Source of the DNA: Phoronis australis
Taxonomy: Eukaryota > Animalia > Phoronida
Direction of reading: 5' to 3'
Length of the DNA: 64,000 bases
Assembly: GCA_002633005.1 (NCBI GenBank)
Contig: NMRA01000473.1
Location: 185,471 to 249,470 of the forward strand
Within the stretch, counting starts at the first letter, position 1. Every line of letters starts with the position of its first letter. Made by a program: the position numbers and the translations under genes. The notes below the pieces were generated by a model that was not told where the DNA came from, did no database searches, and saw nothing but the letters and a program-made list of their open reading frames with translations. This document shows positions 61,881 to 64,000 of this stretch, piece by piece.

Positions 61881-63258
61881 ATCGACCTGTGAAGGGCTTC
61901 GTCGGATGAACACTCGCCTAAGTCGGGATTGTTAGTTGTCACGTTGTTGTTTATTATTGTGTGTTATGTTTCAAAATGAATTATTTTCACCGGTCTAAAC
62001 AATGCGTATATAAAGCCGAAACAAAGTCTGTCTCATTAGATACAATTTTGTAATGCCCTGGAGTGTTCGTAAGCGCAAATGTTTTGAGAAGCCTGCAATG
62101 AATAAATCACTGCGTTAATGGCTTCGGGTGCAATATGGTATTTCACTCGTTAAATATATTTATGTGAGCATATGAACCCGTCTTACTTCTTTCCCCGCTC
62201 ATTTCGGTCTATTCCATTATTCCTTTGTGTAGGACTACACGTCGTTTTCCCAGCCTTCGTATTGGTTTGTTGTTATCACGTGTCTCGAGTTTGATCAGCT
62301 CTTGGCTCTTATAGGCTGATGATTGTCACTTGTCCTTAGGGGTGTTTTCTTTGTTATGGTAACCTCGCTTTCAGTTCATCTTTGTTCCGGCCACATTGTC
62401 GCGCGTTCAAAAACTTATTCAATTTTCCCACCCTCTACCTCCCAGTTTTCGTCATTCTCTGGTACTTCCACGTGGCCGGCGCTTTTTATTGCCCATCTTA
62501 CCAGAAATTACCAATTATACGTTATTTACCTGTATTCATTATATTGTAATTATACTAGTCATAATAAATGACCTTATATCGCCTACCTCCGTCTCCTTTT
62601 CATCTCTGGTAACGAGCCTGCGACGCACGTATCATTTATCTATTATTCGGGACGTATGTCGATCATTAAAACTAATTGACCGGGCACCGAAGCTGTGTGA
62701 GCCCATGTTAATTCAGTGTTTGCTGACAGAAAGCTGATGTGAAACAATAACTCGATTTTATATCCTATGGTCAGATGTTGGGGGAATCTTTAAATAGGTA
62801 CTCGTATACGTCATTCGAATTATCGTTACTGTACAACTTTTTCCATGACGGTTCTGTGGAAGGGAACGTGACTTCGCGGCCCCCGACGACCTTGTAAGTA
62901 GATTTGCAGTTTCGCGGCTAATTCATCAAATTAATCACGTACACATTTTTATTTGGCTCACTAGTATAATCTTTTCGTGACTGGAAGGATGTTTAGTTTC
63001 CAATTTTGGTTGGTTTATGATCGTGCATAATGTCTTCAGTCCGGCCGCGATGGGCCTGATCGGGTTCCGAGACACTGGCCGGGATACTAAGCGTTTTGTG
63101 TGTTTAGAACTGAAAAAATTCACGACACACAGGTATGTTCTCCTATCTGTATTTTACGGACGAATAATTTAAATTTATCACCGAACAGACCCCAAACTCC
63201 AGCGACCGACCTTGATAAATTGGCCTACCGAACTTTGTAGGCTACGGTACGTACAAAA

Positions 63259-63420
63259 CAGTGGCGGATCTAAGGGGGGTTCAGGGGGTTTAAACCCCCC
63301 CCCCTCGGGCCAGGACCCAAAAATTAAAAAAAAACAAAAGCGTCTCCAGCAAAACAAAAACGGCACCGCCAGCGTGTGTAAACCCCAAGTAAACCAACTT
63401 CGAAAAAATTGAGGGGGGGT
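63259..63420. mobile_element. Truncated hAT-like MITE with a CAGTGGCGGATCTA terminus
   Basis: Same terminal motif as family A. The other end was not found. Confidence 0.5.
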
Positions 63421-63606
63421 TCACTCTGAAAATATAGTTTTTTGCATTGTGAATTGCTGAGTCTTTGTGGCTCATCGGCAAAACGCGCGGGGATTTATTG
63501 TGCGCGCGCTTCCGTCGACACTTCTTGTTACGTTCGTGGTTTTCATTAAACTTGCAGAGTCCAAAACACAACCTTATATGGCACTGGTAGCTAGAATCAT
63601 AGATTA

Positions 63607-64000
63607 TGTAAGTTGTGCAAAACAATTCTCTGAAATCTGATTATGACTCATGAGCATATGATCTTTAGTTCTGACAAACAAGTTTTCAGTTGAGAGTTAG
63701 ACAGCATAGTGAATAGATGTATCTTGTAGATCTCTAGAATAAACCCACGTAAAACCGTAACACAGAGTTGTGTTTGAAAGAGGTTTTCATACATGGTGGC
63801 AAAGGTTGAAATCAATGTCACATGCGAATGAGGTTCACACAGTTAAGCGCACTAAGCCTAAGAAAGAGGAGAAGGCTAGGAACATTAAGAAATGTCAATT
63901 CTGTGCCAAAATGCATGCTATGAGCAAAGAATTGTGTCCGGCTTATGGACAAACCTGCAAAGCATGCGGCAACCGAAATCACTTTGCGGCTGTTTGTAAG
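63607..64000 (+). mobile_element. Gypsy LTR, PBS and gag zinc knuckles, running off the window
   Basis: TGTA...AATAAA...TACA (ends 63793), then a TGGTGGCA PBS. Open frame 63803-64000 reads KCQFCAKMHAMSKELCPAYGQTCKACGNRNHFAAVCK. Confidence 0.8.

Overview
AT-rich eukaryotic genomic DNA from a draft assembly (N gaps at 32869-32871 and 48745-49490). The transposon complement suggests an aquatic invertebrate animal (inference). I can assemble only one intact host gene: a five-exon class I SAM-dependent methyltransferase resembling METTL27/WBSCR27 (+ strand, 15330..38918, 211 aa, all GT-AG, splice phases consistent), which the ORF track misses. The rest is dense, often nested transposon sequence: Kolobok-like elements (THAP plus KolX/P2X7-ballast-like relics), an Academ transposase pseudogene, two Gypsy fragments, three Penelope-like pieces, an intron-containing piggyBac nested in a Penelope, an L2/CR1-clade LINE, ISL2EU-like, MULE and hAT-like (5-bp TSD) non-autonomous elements, a Helentron-type HINE, a Polinton/adintovirus-like PolB fragment, tRNA-derived SINEs and several tandem arrays. 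There is no CRISPR array, rRNA or intact tRNA. I found no clearly new biological system. The best leads are a very young Kolobok-like element whose long TIRs carry promoter motifs facing two convergent ATGs, intronic arrays built from UPRE/CCAAT and E-box motifs, an intron retained in the Penelope 5' region, and a reconstructable multi-layer insertion stack in intron 4. Family assignments rest on motif recognition by eye, not on database searches. Boundaries of decayed elements are approximate.
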